Shown here piece by piece: positions 50,874-60,191 of a stretch of 64,000 bases of DNA. The stretch spans positions 512,001 through 576,000 of the forward strand of contig CAVTBU010000006.1 in assembly GCA_963733035.1 (NCBI GenBank), in the 5' to 3' direction. Positions within the stretch are counted from its first letter, which is position 1, and every line of letters starts with the position of its first letter. The DNA is from Pirellulales bacterium. Its GTDB lineage: Bacteria > Planctomycetota > Planctomycetia > Pirellulales > PALSA-1355. Both the position numbers and the translations under genes were made by a program. The notes below the pieces were generated by a model that was not told the DNA's origin, ran no database searches, and saw nothing but the letters and a program-made list of their open reading frames with translations.

Positions 50874-51105
50874 GGGATTCGTAACCAATGTCGCTTGCGG
50901 ATGAGGATGGACCGCTGCACTCCAACTTGCGTTACTCACTGGGTTACTCCTTTCGCTAACGCGAAGGTCCACATCGCCGGCCCTGAAATGCGGACCCGCG
51001 CGCGTTTTGTGCTTGCGAAATGCGGGCCCGGAAGGTCAAACTTGAAACCCCGGACAGCCGAACGGCGGCCGGGTTTCGACGTCTCTCTCGCTCTTGGAGT
51101 ATACG

Positions 51106-52428
51106 TTGCAAATCTCGGAACCTGACGAAACGGACGAAAACGGCATGTTGGGCGAGCTCGGGGAGTCGAACCCGGCCCGGCTGGGAATCTGGCAGCGCTG
51201 GCACCGTTGGCCACTTTATTTGCGGATCGTAGGGGCCGTGGCGCTGGGAGTGCTCGTGGGCATTGTATTCGGCGGTCAGGCGGAAGTACTGCAGGTGCCG
51301 AGCAAACTTGTGTTGCGCGTGTTGGGTGCGCTGGCCCCGCCGTTGGTGCTGCTGGCCATCGTGCAGGCCCTGATGCGGGCGGAGATCGGCGGGCGGCAGG
51401 CCTCGCGCTTGGCGGGCTTGCTGATTCTCAATACGTTCGTTGCGATCTCCGTCGGACTGTTGGTGGCAAACGTGATTCAGCCTGGGCATTGGGTGAAGGC
51501 CCAGCCACTAATACAAACGGAAGAGGTCGCTCACACGGTCGATCCGCTATCGCAGTTTCTGGACAACGTGCCCAGAAGCATCTTGGGTCCACTTTCCGAC
51601 GGTGGCAGTGTCTTGTCGGTCATCTTCCTGGCGGTGAGCTTTGGAATTGCCCTGCGTCAACTGCGCCATCACCAGCTCAACACGGTCGAAGACCTGGTGA
51701 CCATAGCGCTTTCGAGTTTGGTGATCATTTTGGGTTGGATCATCGACGTGATTCCGCTTGCGGTCTTTGGCATTGTGGCCAGCATTGTCGGCGTGAAGGG
51801 TTTTGGTGATTTCGTCGCGCTGGGGGCGTTTGTGCTGGCAGTACTCGTGGCGCTGTCACTGCAGGCCACCTACTACTTGCTGCGAGTTCGGCTAGGTTCG
51901 TGGGTGCGTCCCTGGGACTTGCTACGCGGAACGCGCGACGCGCTGGTCATGGCCTTTTCTACCAGTAGTTCGACCGCCACGATGCCGGTTACCTACGCCT
52001 GTCTGCGGGAGAAGGTCGGCTTGCGCGAAGAATCTGCCAGCATGGGCGCGCTTGTTGGCGCGAACTTCAACAATGATGGCACCGCGCTGTACGAAGCCAT
52101 GTCGGCGTTGTTTATTGCTCAGCTGATTGGTCAGCAGCTTTCGCTGGGCGAACAATTCATGGTTGTGATCACTTCCGTTGTTGCCTCGGTGGGGGCCGCC
52201 GGCATTCCCGAGGCGGGGCTCGTCACGATGACGCTGGTTTTTCGGGCCGTGGGCCTGCCAGTCGAATACATCGCCATGCTTCTGACGGTCGATTGGTTTC
52301 TCGACCGGTCGCGCACGGCGATTAATGTGATGGGCGACCTGAACGTGAGCTGCCTTTTGGACGGAAAGATTCCACCGGAGGCACTTTCACTGGCGGCGGC
52401 CGTGCCCGCGGAAGGCTCCGCGTCGTAG
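51106..52428 (+). CDS. Dicarboxylate/amino acid:cation symporter
   Basis: AFSTSSSTATMP, NNDGT, GAAGIP, DRSRTAINV. Confidence 0.93.
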   Translation: MQISEPDETDENGMLGELGESNPARLGIWQRWHRWPLYLRIVGAVALGVLVGIVFGGQAEVLQVPSKLVLRVLGALAPPLVLLAIVQALMRAEIGGRQASRLAGLLILNTFVAISVGLLVANVIQPGHWVKAQPLIQTEEVAHTVDPLSQFLDNVPRSILGPLSDGGSVLSVIFLAVSFGIALRQLRHHQLNTVEDLVTIALSSLVIILGWIIDVIPLAVFGIVASIVGVKGFGDFVALGAFVLAVLVALSLQATYYLLRVRLGSWVRPWDLLRGTRDALVMAFSTSSSTATMPVTYACLREKVGLREESASMGALVGANFNNDGTALYEAMSALFIAQLIGQQLSLGEQFMVVITSVVASVGAAGIPEAGLVTMTLVFRAVGLPVEYIAMLLTVDWFLDRSRTAINVMGDLNVSCLLDGKIPPEALSLAAAVPAEGSAS

Positions 52429-52465
52429 TTAGGCCGTGGACAAGTCTGACGGGCCGATATTCCGA

Positions 52466-53236
52466 CTAGCCGGCCCGCCGGCGTGTCCAAGGATCGGGTA
52501 GGCGTCGCAAGTCCGGACTTCCGTCGTCTTGCGCCGAATCGATCGCGGTGTCGCCATCGCGCATTGTCGAGAGGAATGAACTGCCGATCAGACTCAGGAA
52601 CGTGCCCAACACGCCGATGCCAACCAGCATCGTGATTACGGCCACCAAGCGCCCCGCAGCCGTCACCGGGTACAGATCACCGTAGCCGACGGTGGTCAGC
52701 GTGACGAACGACCACCAGACGGCGTCCCCCAGGCGACCGAACTTGTCGGGCTGTGCTTCGCGTTCGAATTCATGCATTGCCACGGAACTGGCCAGCAGCA
52801 CAATCACCGCCATGAAGCTTACAACCGCAAGTTCGTGTTGAACCCGACGAAATCCGTGCATGACCCGCTGCAGTGCATCATTGTACCGGTATAGCTTGAA
52901 CATCCACAGCAGTGGCAACACGCGAATCAACTTCAGCGATCGCAGATTCACCGTCAGGCCCAGTAGTGAGGGGACGATGGCAAGCAAGTCGATCGCTGCC
53001 AGCAGTGTAAAGGGATATCGTGCGCGGTTGTTGGCGTGGGCCCAGCGAAACAAGTACTCCGAACTGAAGAGCAGCAGCAGAGCCCGCTCGTTCCACAGCC
53101 AAAAGCCGCTGGCGGTCCGCGGCGTGCCAGGTTGCGTGAGCTCCGACTCCATGTAAAAAACCACGATGCTATAGAGCACGAGCAGTTGGCCGCTCAGCTC
53201 GAACCACCGCCGACCGGTGGATGTCTCGGGAAGCAT
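52466..53236 (-). CDS. 6-TM potassium channel
   Basis: TTVGYGD selectivity filter; DLLAI and S4-like basic segment. Confidence 0.92.
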   Translation of the reverse strand: MLPETSTGRRWFELSGQLLVLYSIVVFYMESELTQPGTPRTASGFWLWNERALLLLFSSEYLFRWAHANNRARYPFTLLAAIDLLAIVPSLLGLTVNLRSLKLIRVLPLLWMFKLYRYNDALQRVMHGFRRVQHELAVVSFMAVIVLLASSVAMHEFEREAQPDKFGRLGDAVWWSFVTLTTVGYGDLYPVTAAGRLVAVITMLVGIGVLGTFLSLIGSSFLSTMRDGDTAIDSAQDDGSPDLRRLPDPWTRRRAG

Positions 53237-53507
53237 CGACAGTCTCTCCAGGTCACGAGGCCGATGACCGCTGGGTGCGCGGCCGTCCTTTACGGGGGCG
53301 GCTAGGATATCGGTGAAGCCGATTTCGCAAAAGGCGAGCTACGGCGTCGTCGGCGAGTCGCATTGCTAGCAATGCTAGCAACCAGATACTGGCGCAGGCA
53401 GTGATTTCGGACCAACGTTCGCGGAGGTGGATACCCGATAACGAGAAATGACCGCTATTGGACAGCGGCAAACTGCAGCATAACCTTCGGACCGGAGGTT
53501 CCCACCG

Positions 53508-53702
53508 ATGCACGCCTCGCACCCACCTCGCTTTAAGGTCTCAACCGTGACCAAATTGGCCACCAGCCCTGCCGCTCAGGAAGCAGCGGCACTGCGCCGG
53601 TTTCTTTCGCAAGTCGGCGGAATCGAAAACGGGCGAATCGCGCTGGAGCTATTGGCGATCTTAACCGGCGGTGCGCCGAAGGACTTGCGCAAGGCCGCAT
53701 AG
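53508..53702 (+). CDS. Small hypothetical protein (64 aa)
   Basis: GGAGG at 53494-53498; fills an otherwise empty gap; ends RKAA. Confidence 0.6.
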   Translation: MHASHPPRFKVSTVTKLATSPAAQEAAALRRFLSQVGGIENGRIALELLAILTGGAPKDLRKAA

Positions 53703-53728
53703 CCGATTGTGGAGGATTTGGCGGGTCG

Positions 53729-54439
53729 TCAATCAAACAGCCTGCCCTGCGTTTTGGCCGGTGCGGCCGGTGCGAGGCACTGTGGCCCGTCGTAGCGCGG
53801 ACTGTTGACTTCCGCGCTCACCGCGTAGAGTGTCATCCGTTCAGCGGAGTAGGGGGCCAAGAGCGCCTCGAGCCGCGTCGTTTCTTGGCTGACCGGATCC
53901 AGCCAGGCTCCATAGTCCTTCGGATCGAGAATGACGGGCATCCGCTCATGAAGTGGTCGCAACAGCTGATTGGCTGCCGTGGTTACGATGGTACACGATT
54001 CAATGGCAAGTTCTCCGCGCTGCCAGTGGTCCCACACACCGGCGAACGCGAACGGTTGATCGTCCTCGAGCCGAATGTAGTACGGCTGCTTCGGTTTAGC
54101 TCCCTGTTTCCACTCATAGAATCCGTCGGCCACGATCAGGCAGCGGCGACGTTGAAACGCTTCGCGAAAGGCCGCCTTCGTGGCCAGCGTTTCGCTGCGT
54201 GCGTTGATCATGCGATTGCCGATTGACGGATCATCCGCCCACGAGGGGATCAGTCCCCAGTGAAACCAGGATAGAACGCGACCGTTGCCCTCAACTTGCC
54301 TGATGGCGGCCACGTTTTGCGTCGGCGCAATGTTGTAGCGTACCGGCCAGTCGGCACCATCAGGGAGCAATGTAGGCTCCAGATCAAACGCGTCGGCGAC
54401 CACACGCAGCGGCGTGCGAAGAGTGAAGCGACCACACAT
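53729..54439 (-). CDS. SRAP/YedK abasic-site-protecting protein
   Basis: MCGRF N-terminus, YNIAPTQ, INARSET, GFYEW, HERMP. Confidence 0.95.
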   Translation of the reverse strand: MCGRFTLRTPLRVVADAFDLEPTLLPDGADWPVRYNIAPTQNVAAIRQVEGNGRVLSWFHWGLIPSWADDPSIGNRMINARSETLATKAAFREAFQRRRCLIVADGFYEWKQGAKPKQPYYIRLEDDQPFAFAGVWDHWQRGELAIESCTIVTTAANQLLRPLHERMPVILDPKDYGAWLDPVSQETTRLEALLAPYSAERMTLYAVSAEVNSPRYDGPQCLAPAAPAKTQGRLFD

Positions 54440-54563
54440 GATGTCTTGAGTTGACTGCGGAGACAAACAACGTTTGATTGTAGTCGCCCAGGCACGCGAC
54501 CGATAGAATCGCACCAACCCGAGTACTCGTTGCAGATTTCTCGTAGCGTGGAGAAAGCAAAGC

Positions 54564-55349
54564 ATGGCTGAACTTGCAGGCATCTATCTCTACCCCTTCA
54601 AATCTCTCGACGTTCAGCAGGTCAGTTCGGCGTCGGTGCTGCCAAGTGGAGCGCTCGAATTTGATCGGCGGTGGGCCATCGTCGATCAGCAGGGCGATCC
54701 AATCAACGGGAAGCGGTTTCCAGTCGTGCACCAACTGCGCTCGACGTTCGACCTTTCGTCGCTGCGGATCAGCCTTCGCGATGTCGCGAATGCCCGCGAG
54801 GCGACATTCCATATCGATGACGAGCGATCGCCGCTCGAGGCTTGGCTGTCGGAGTTCTTTGGCCAATCGGCCACGGTGATTGAGAACGCCGCCGGCGGAT
54901 TTCCCGATGATACGGAATTCCCAGGACCGACAGTCATCAGCACCGCCTCGCTCGAAGCAGTGGCCCGCTGGTATCCGGGGCTCTCGCTTGATTCGTCACG
55001 TAAGCGGTTTCGGGCTAACCTCGAAATCGGCGGGGTCGAACCTTTTTGGGAAGATCGCCTGCTCGCTCCGGGGTTGGGTGTAGTGCGCTTTCGCATCGGC
55101 GACGCGGAGTTACAGGGTATGAATCCTTGTGCTCGCTGCGTGGTTCCTTCGCGCGACCCGCAAACTGGCGAGGTAACTCCGCTCTTCGCCAAGACCTTCG
55201 CAGGCGCGCGCCTGGCAAACCTACCGCAGTGGGCTGCCGCCCAGCGATTTGATCACTACTACCGATTGAGCGTCAACACGCAGACTGCCGCCGGCACAAC
55301 GCAACAAGTCCACGTGGGGGACGCCGTCGAGGTCCTTGGAGTCGAGTGA
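54564..55349 (+). CDS. MOSC domain protein
   Basis: YPFKSL, DRRWA, RFRANL, CARCVVP. Confidence 0.9.
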   Translation: MAELAGIYLYPFKSLDVQQVSSASVLPSGALEFDRRWAIVDQQGDPINGKRFPVVHQLRSTFDLSSLRISLRDVANAREATFHIDDERSPLEAWLSEFFGQSATVIENAAGGFPDDTEFPGPTVISTASLEAVARWYPGLSLDSSRKRFRANLEIGGVEPFWEDRLLAPGLGVVRFRIGDAELQGMNPCARCVVPSRDPQTGEVTPLFAKTFAGARLANLPQWAAAQRFDHYYRLSVNTQTAAGTTQQVHVGDAVEVLGVE

Positions 55350-55359
55350 ACGGATCCGG

Positions 55360-57744
55360 CTACCGGGATGGGGCACTCCATTGGTTTCCCCAGCCGGCGT
55401 AAAGGTCGGCCAGAAACGCTTCCCACTCTTGGCGGGTACGCGTTTCGGGGAATGGAATCGGCCGTTCCGCTTTGACTTCACTCCAGACCACTTCGAATTG
55501 GCCGTCAGAGCTAATCTTGCCAATCCGCGGTGTCTTGAAGGTATGCCGGTTGGTGGCGTCGATCGTCAACTCGCCTTCCGGTGCCAGGAGCTTTTGATTC
55601 CCAAATGCCTGGCGAATCTTGGCGCACCGGTCGCTACCAGCCTCGCGCACGGCATTGCCCCACATCCTAACGCCGACGTAGGCGACCTCCATCGGATCGG
55701 TGACGACGCGCCGTTGATCGTACTTCGCGCGAAAACGTTCGACGAACCTTTGATTCTCGAGTGAGTTGAGCGATTGGAAGTAATTCCAGGCAGCGAAGTC
55801 GCCCGCCATGGTGGCAGGATCAAATTGCTGAAGTTCGTTTTCGGCGATGGAAAACGAGATAGTGGGGGTCTTTTCAGGTGTGATGCCGGCGGCACGCAAG
55901 CGGCGGAAAAACGGCACGTTCGTGTCGCCGTTGATCGTATTGAGAATCATGTCAGGTTTGGATTCCACGATCTGGTCGATGATGCCCTGCACCTCGAACG
56001 CACCTAGCGGCAGGTATTCCTCGCCCACAATCTCGGCGCCCAGGTCGTTCAACTCGTCGCGAATGATTGCACCGGCCGTACGCGGGAACACATAGTCCGA
56101 ACCGACCAGGAAGAAGCGTCGCTTGCGCTGGAAGGCGAACGCCCAGCCGAGCGCGGGAATGATCTGCTGATTTGGCACGGCTCCCAAATAGATCACGTTG
56201 GGCGAGTCTTCCAATCCCTCGTACTGCACCGGGTAGACAAGCAGATTGTCGTGCCGTTCGAATATGGGGACGACTGTCTTGCGGCTGGCCGACGTCCAAC
56301 AGCCAAACACCGTGCAAACTTTTTCGTCGGCGATCAGGTTGCGGGCTTCCGTTGCAAAGACCTCGGGATTCGAGCGCCCGTCTCGAACGATGGCCTCGAC
56401 GGGCCGTCCCAGCACACCGCCCGCATCGTTCAGCTCTTCGATCGCCAGCAGAGTCGCATCGACAACCGGCGCTTCACTGGCCTGCATACTGCCGGTGAGC
56501 GAATGCAGCACGCCAACACGAATCGGTGTGCCCGCCGGGGGCGGTATGATGTTCGGAGCATCGGCTGATTCTGGTTGCGGCTTATCATCGCGCAACAGAA
56601 CGAAACCGCCAACACCAGCTGCCGCGCCGAGAGCGCCGAGACCGGCCACCGCCATCCAGGCACGACGCGATGTCCTGTCTTTGGTTCCCTGCGGCGCGAG
56701 CGGGCGTGCCACGGGGTTAATCCCACTACGGCTAGGCAACGCGATGTCCGTGGCACCAGAAAGCGTAGCGATTACGGCATTCAGGTCAGCCAACATTTCC
56801 TCGGCGTTTTGGTAGCGATCTTCAGGTCGCTTAGCCGTGGCGCGCTGCACAATGTGGGCGCAAGCCGCTGGGATCGTAGGCACGACCTTGCGCGGGTCGA
56901 GAGGTTCGCCGCTGACGTGGGCGAACATGATTTGCACGATGCTGCCGGCATCCTGATAGGGGTAGGCGCCTGTTAGCAGGCTGTAGTAGGTGGCGCCCAG
57001 CGAATAAATGTCGCTACGGGCATCGACGGCACGCGATTCACACTGCTCGGGACTCATGAAGTAGGGTGTGCCGGCCACCGACCCTTCTCGCGTCAACGAC
57101 ATGGTGGTGTCGAGCGTATGTTTGGCCAGACCAAAATCGGCGATCTTTACCGCGCCCTCACCCGAGCGCAGGAGGTTGGCTGGCTTAATATCTCGGTGCA
57201 CCAAGCCCACGCGATGCGCCGCGGCCAAACCGCGACAAGCGTCGGCGGTGATTTGCGTCGCGGCCAGCACCGACAGTGCTCCACCGCGTTCAAGTTCTTC
57301 GCCGATCGTTCCGCCGCCGACGTACTCCATTACCAGATAAAAGGTATCACCTTCTTGATCGACTTCGTAAACGCCAACTGTATTCGGGTGCGAAAGCTTG
57401 CCGGCTGCCTTCGCCTCGGACAAAAAACGGGCGAGCGCCGTTTCATTGGTTGAGAGTTCTTGTGGCAGCATTTTGATCGCCACGTCGCGCTCGATCGTGG
57501 TGTCATGGGCGAGGAAGACTATGCCCATTCCGCCGGTGCCCAACAGGCTGCGCAGTTCGTAGCGGTCGAGCCGCCGTCCAATCCATTGCTCGGCTGTGCT
57601 GGCGCCAGGGGCCTTGACGCCGGGGAACCGCGAAGACGTCTCTTCACCGTGGGCCATGGTTTCGCCGAACGAAGAGTCCTGCCGCGGGCCGTCCTCCGGA
57701 CGCGATCGCCGACCGGTCTGGCTGGTGCCGTCGTCGTTGGTCAT
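55360..57744 (-). CDS. Ser/Thr kinase fused via one TM to a UrtA/AmiC-like urea/amide-binding domain
   Basis: HRDIKPAN, DFG, SPE; then GVLHSLTG, FGCWTSASRK, YPVQYEG, PNQQ, GSDYVFPR. Confidence 0.92.
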   Translation of the reverse strand: MTNDDGTSQTGRRSRPEDGPRQDSSFGETMAHGEETSSRFPGVKAPGASTAEQWIGRRLDRYELRSLLGTGGMGIVFLAHDTTIERDVAIKMLPQELSTNETALARFLSEAKAAGKLSHPNTVGVYEVDQEGDTFYLVMEYVGGGTIGEELERGGALSVLAATQITADACRGLAAAHRVGLVHRDIKPANLLRSGEGAVKIADFGLAKHTLDTTMSLTREGSVAGTPYFMSPEQCESRAVDARSDIYSLGATYYSLLTGAYPYQDAGSIVQIMFAHVSGEPLDPRKVVPTIPAACAHIVQRATAKRPEDRYQNAEEMLADLNAVIATLSGATDIALPSRSGINPVARPLAPQGTKDRTSRRAWMAVAGLGALGAAAGVGGFVLLRDDKPQPESADAPNIIPPPAGTPIRVGVLHSLTGSMQASEAPVVDATLLAIEELNDAGGVLGRPVEAIVRDGRSNPEVFATEARNLIADEKVCTVFGCWTSASRKTVVPIFERHDNLLVYPVQYEGLEDSPNVIYLGAVPNQQIIPALGWAFAFQRKRRFFLVGSDYVFPRTAGAIIRDELNDLGAEIVGEEYLPLGAFEVQGIIDQIVESKPDMILNTINGDTNVPFFRRLRAAGITPEKTPTISFSIAENELQQFDPATMAGDFAAWNYFQSLNSLENQRFVERFRAKYDQRRVVTDPMEVAYVGVRMWGNAVREAGSDRCAKIRQAFGNQKLLAPEGELTIDATNRHTFKTPRIGKISSDGQFEVVWSEVKAERPIPFPETRTRQEWEAFLADLYAGWGNQWSAPSR

Positions 57745-57917
57745 TGCCGTGGTATCCCCGGTCGATCAGATCGTCTTAATCAAGCTATACGCAGGGCGAG
57801 CGCGTCTGGGTCAATCCTACCTCACTGGAGCGGGACAGCAATGCCACAGAGTCGACATAACCGGTCGATCGGCGAACGGTTTGTGTCGAATTCGCGCCCC
57901 TGGGCGCTACCCAGCGA

Positions 57918-58721
57918 TTACCATGCGTATCGCAGGCCCGTCGAGCCGATGTGGATCATCTGTTGACTGTTGACCTGGGTGTCGAAACCCGCAAACGTAC
58001 TCAGGCCGCCCGCGAAGTCCCAATGAAACCGTTTGCCAAAGATCGCCCAATTGTTACCGTAGTGGAGCCCTTGAGTCACGAAGATGGCGGTGTCGCCAGG
58101 CGCGAAAAAAGCAGTGTTTTGGGCACCAGGGGACTGCAGGTATTCACAGAGCCATAGCAGCCGCACCTCAGCTTCGAAACGGCTCTCCTGTTCCGGTGGC
58201 GCGTGCAGCAGCAATCGCCCGCCGACCACGCTGCGCTGGTCGTTGGCATCCAGGCTTGAAGTGGTGAGCTTGGGGCGAAATTCGTCGAGTTCTTCGAAAT
58301 CCTCCGGTGGAAGTTTGATGTTTATCAACTCATTTGCCTGATACAGCTTCATCACGTTCGAGAAGTCGGGAAATGGCATCGTGGGCCTTAGATCGGACAG
58401 GCTCGGTTCGGCAAACTGTGAGTCGTAGTGATCGATTGATTGACCGTGCTCGTGAAAAAGTGGTTTCGCGTCGGCCAGCAGTAGTGGACAATTGTCACTG
58501 TTTCGGGTGGAGTTGCTCGCCGCGCAACGTGTCGGCAGAGCGTTGCATTCCGCAGCGTCAGCCTGATGGCCCAGAGCCGTCGTGTAAGTCCAAGCGGCCG
58601 TCGCCAAGACCGCCGACAGGCACGCGCGGCGCAACGCGAACGCAGTCGTTTCCGGACGGTTCGGGAGCGACGTGTTGCCGTGCGTGCCCAAGGTTGCCAA
58701 GAGAAGCATCGATCTTGCCAA
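57918..58721 (-). CDS. Protein ending in a partial autotransporter-like beta-domain
   Basis: Amphipathic strands ending ...IHIGSTGLRYAW; hydrophobic N-terminal segment; start uncertain. Confidence 0.55.
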   Translation of the reverse strand: MARSMLLLATLGTHGNTSLPNRPETTAFALRRACLSAVLATAAWTYTTALGHQADAAECNALPTRCAASNSTRNSDNCPLLLADAKPLFHEHGQSIDHYDSQFAEPSLSDLRPTMPFPDFSNVMKLYQANELINIKLPPEDFEELDEFRPKLTTSSLDANDQRSVVGGRLLLHAPPEQESRFEAEVRLLWLCEYLQSPGAQNTAFFAPGDTAIFVTQGLHYGNNWAIFGKRFHWDFAGGLSTFAGFDTQVNSQQMIHIGSTGLRYAW

Positions 58722-58964
58722 AAGGGACCATGTCCGCGGTACTCTTGATTGATTCGACGCGCTGCTTGCCAGGCATTCACACTTATTGCCATTGATTTGG
58801 CGACGTTGCTAGCAAACTTCCCCGCCAGCAGCCGCAAAGTTCACCTCCCTCTGCAAATCGCTACATTTTCGCAGCGACTTCCGAGGCCAAACACGGTACG
58901 CCACGGGGACGCCGTTCGTGTATAATCGCCAGCGAAAAATGGACTCCCTACGAATCCGCCTTGC

Positions 58965-60191
58965 ATGGACGCCGCTTCTCGCCTTAACGTCGACGTAGTC
59001 ATTTTTGGCGGCGGCTGCGCGGGCTTGTGGCTGCTTGACGATTTGCGCCGCCGCGGCGCTTGTGCATTGCTGCTAGAAGCCGGCTGTCTCGGTTCGGGAC
59101 AAACGGGCAGCGCTCAAGGGATCCTGCACGGCGGGCTCAAGTATTCCTTGGCCGGCCTGCTTTCCTCTTCCGCTCGCATGGTGCGCGAAATGCCTCGCAT
59201 CTGGGAAGATTCGATCCACGGTCGCAGTGAGCCGGATCTATCGGCCGTAAGGTCGCGTGCCGATTCATGTTATTTGTGGCGAAGCCGTTCGCTAAAGGCA
59301 TGGACTTCCATGTTTGGCGCCGTGAATGCGCTACAGGTAAAGCCCGAATTGTTGGAGGAAAAACTTGTGCCTCCACTGCTCGCCCGGTGCCCACGGCCAA
59401 TCTATCGGTTGCCAGAACGCGTTATCGATCCCCTCAGTTTCCTGGGCGTGCTGGCCCAACGGAATCGCGGCTTGGTTTGGCAAGTCGACGCTCGCGCGGG
59501 ACTGCACTTCGAACGTCGCACTTCAACGAACGCGGCGCCAGTGATTTCGCTTCGCGACGCTCGCGACGATTCCGTTATGGAGTTGCACGCCAAATCTATG
59601 ATCTTGGCGGCCGGTGAAGGCAACGCCGGACTGCGCGACCAACTCGGGCTGCCAGCAGACGCCATGCAGCGTCGCCCCCTGCGAGTGGCCTTTGCGCGCG
59701 GAGATTTACCGAAGATTAATGGCCATTGCGTTGATGGCGTCAAGACACGAGTAACGCTTACCTCCGACGTCGACACCGCGGGGCGCACCGTGTGGCAACT
59801 CGGTGGACAACTGAGCGAAGATGGCATTACGCTCGCGCCGCAAGACTTTTTGTCGCAAGCGAAACGTGAACTAGCGGCGGTTTTGCCCGGCTGCGACATT
59901 GAGAAAATTCAATGGGCGCAAATTACTGTCGACCGCGCTGAGCGGAGCACGCGCGACGGTCTCATGCCGGGTGATGTGCAGATCCTGCGGGATGGCGATA
60001 TACTTACTGTCTGGCCGACGAAACTGGTGATGGCTCCGTTGCTGAGTCGTCGTGTCATGGAGATGCTGGAGTTTGAACGGTGTCCTGGCAACGAGAGTTG
60101 GCAGCGGTCGATCGGTGAAATCAATTGGCCAGCGCCTGCGGTCGCACGCCCACCATGGGACCGGGAGTTGTCATGGTTCAACGTCGGCTAG
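58965..60191 (+). CDS. FAD-dependent oxidoreductase
   Basis: IFGGGCAG, AQGILHGGLKY, WPTKL; TATAAT at 58921. Confidence 0.85.
   Translation: MDAASRLNVDVVIFGGGCAGLWLLDDLRRRGACALLLEAGCLGSGQTGSAQGILHGGLKYSLAGLLSSSARMVREMPRIWEDSIHGRSEPDLSAVRSRADSCYLWRSRSLKAWTSMFGAVNALQVKPELLEEKLVPPLLARCPRPIYRLPERVIDPLSFLGVLAQRNRGLVWQVDARAGLHFERRTSTNAAPVISLRDARDDSVMELHAKSMILAAGEGNAGLRDQLGLPADAMQRRPLRVAFARGDLPKINGHCVDGVKTRVTLTSDVDTAGRTVWQLGGQLSEDGITLAPQDFLSQAKRELAAVLPGCDIEKIQWAQITVDRAERSTRDGLMPGDVQILRDGDILTVWPTKLVMAPLLSRRVMEMLEFERCPGNESWQRSIGEINWPAPAVARPPWDRELSWFNVG

Noticed and set aside
58806..58827. Sigma-54 promoter (TGGC...TTGC)
   Set aside because: GG-to-GC spacing is 11 nt, not 10; the same holds at 53352-53366.
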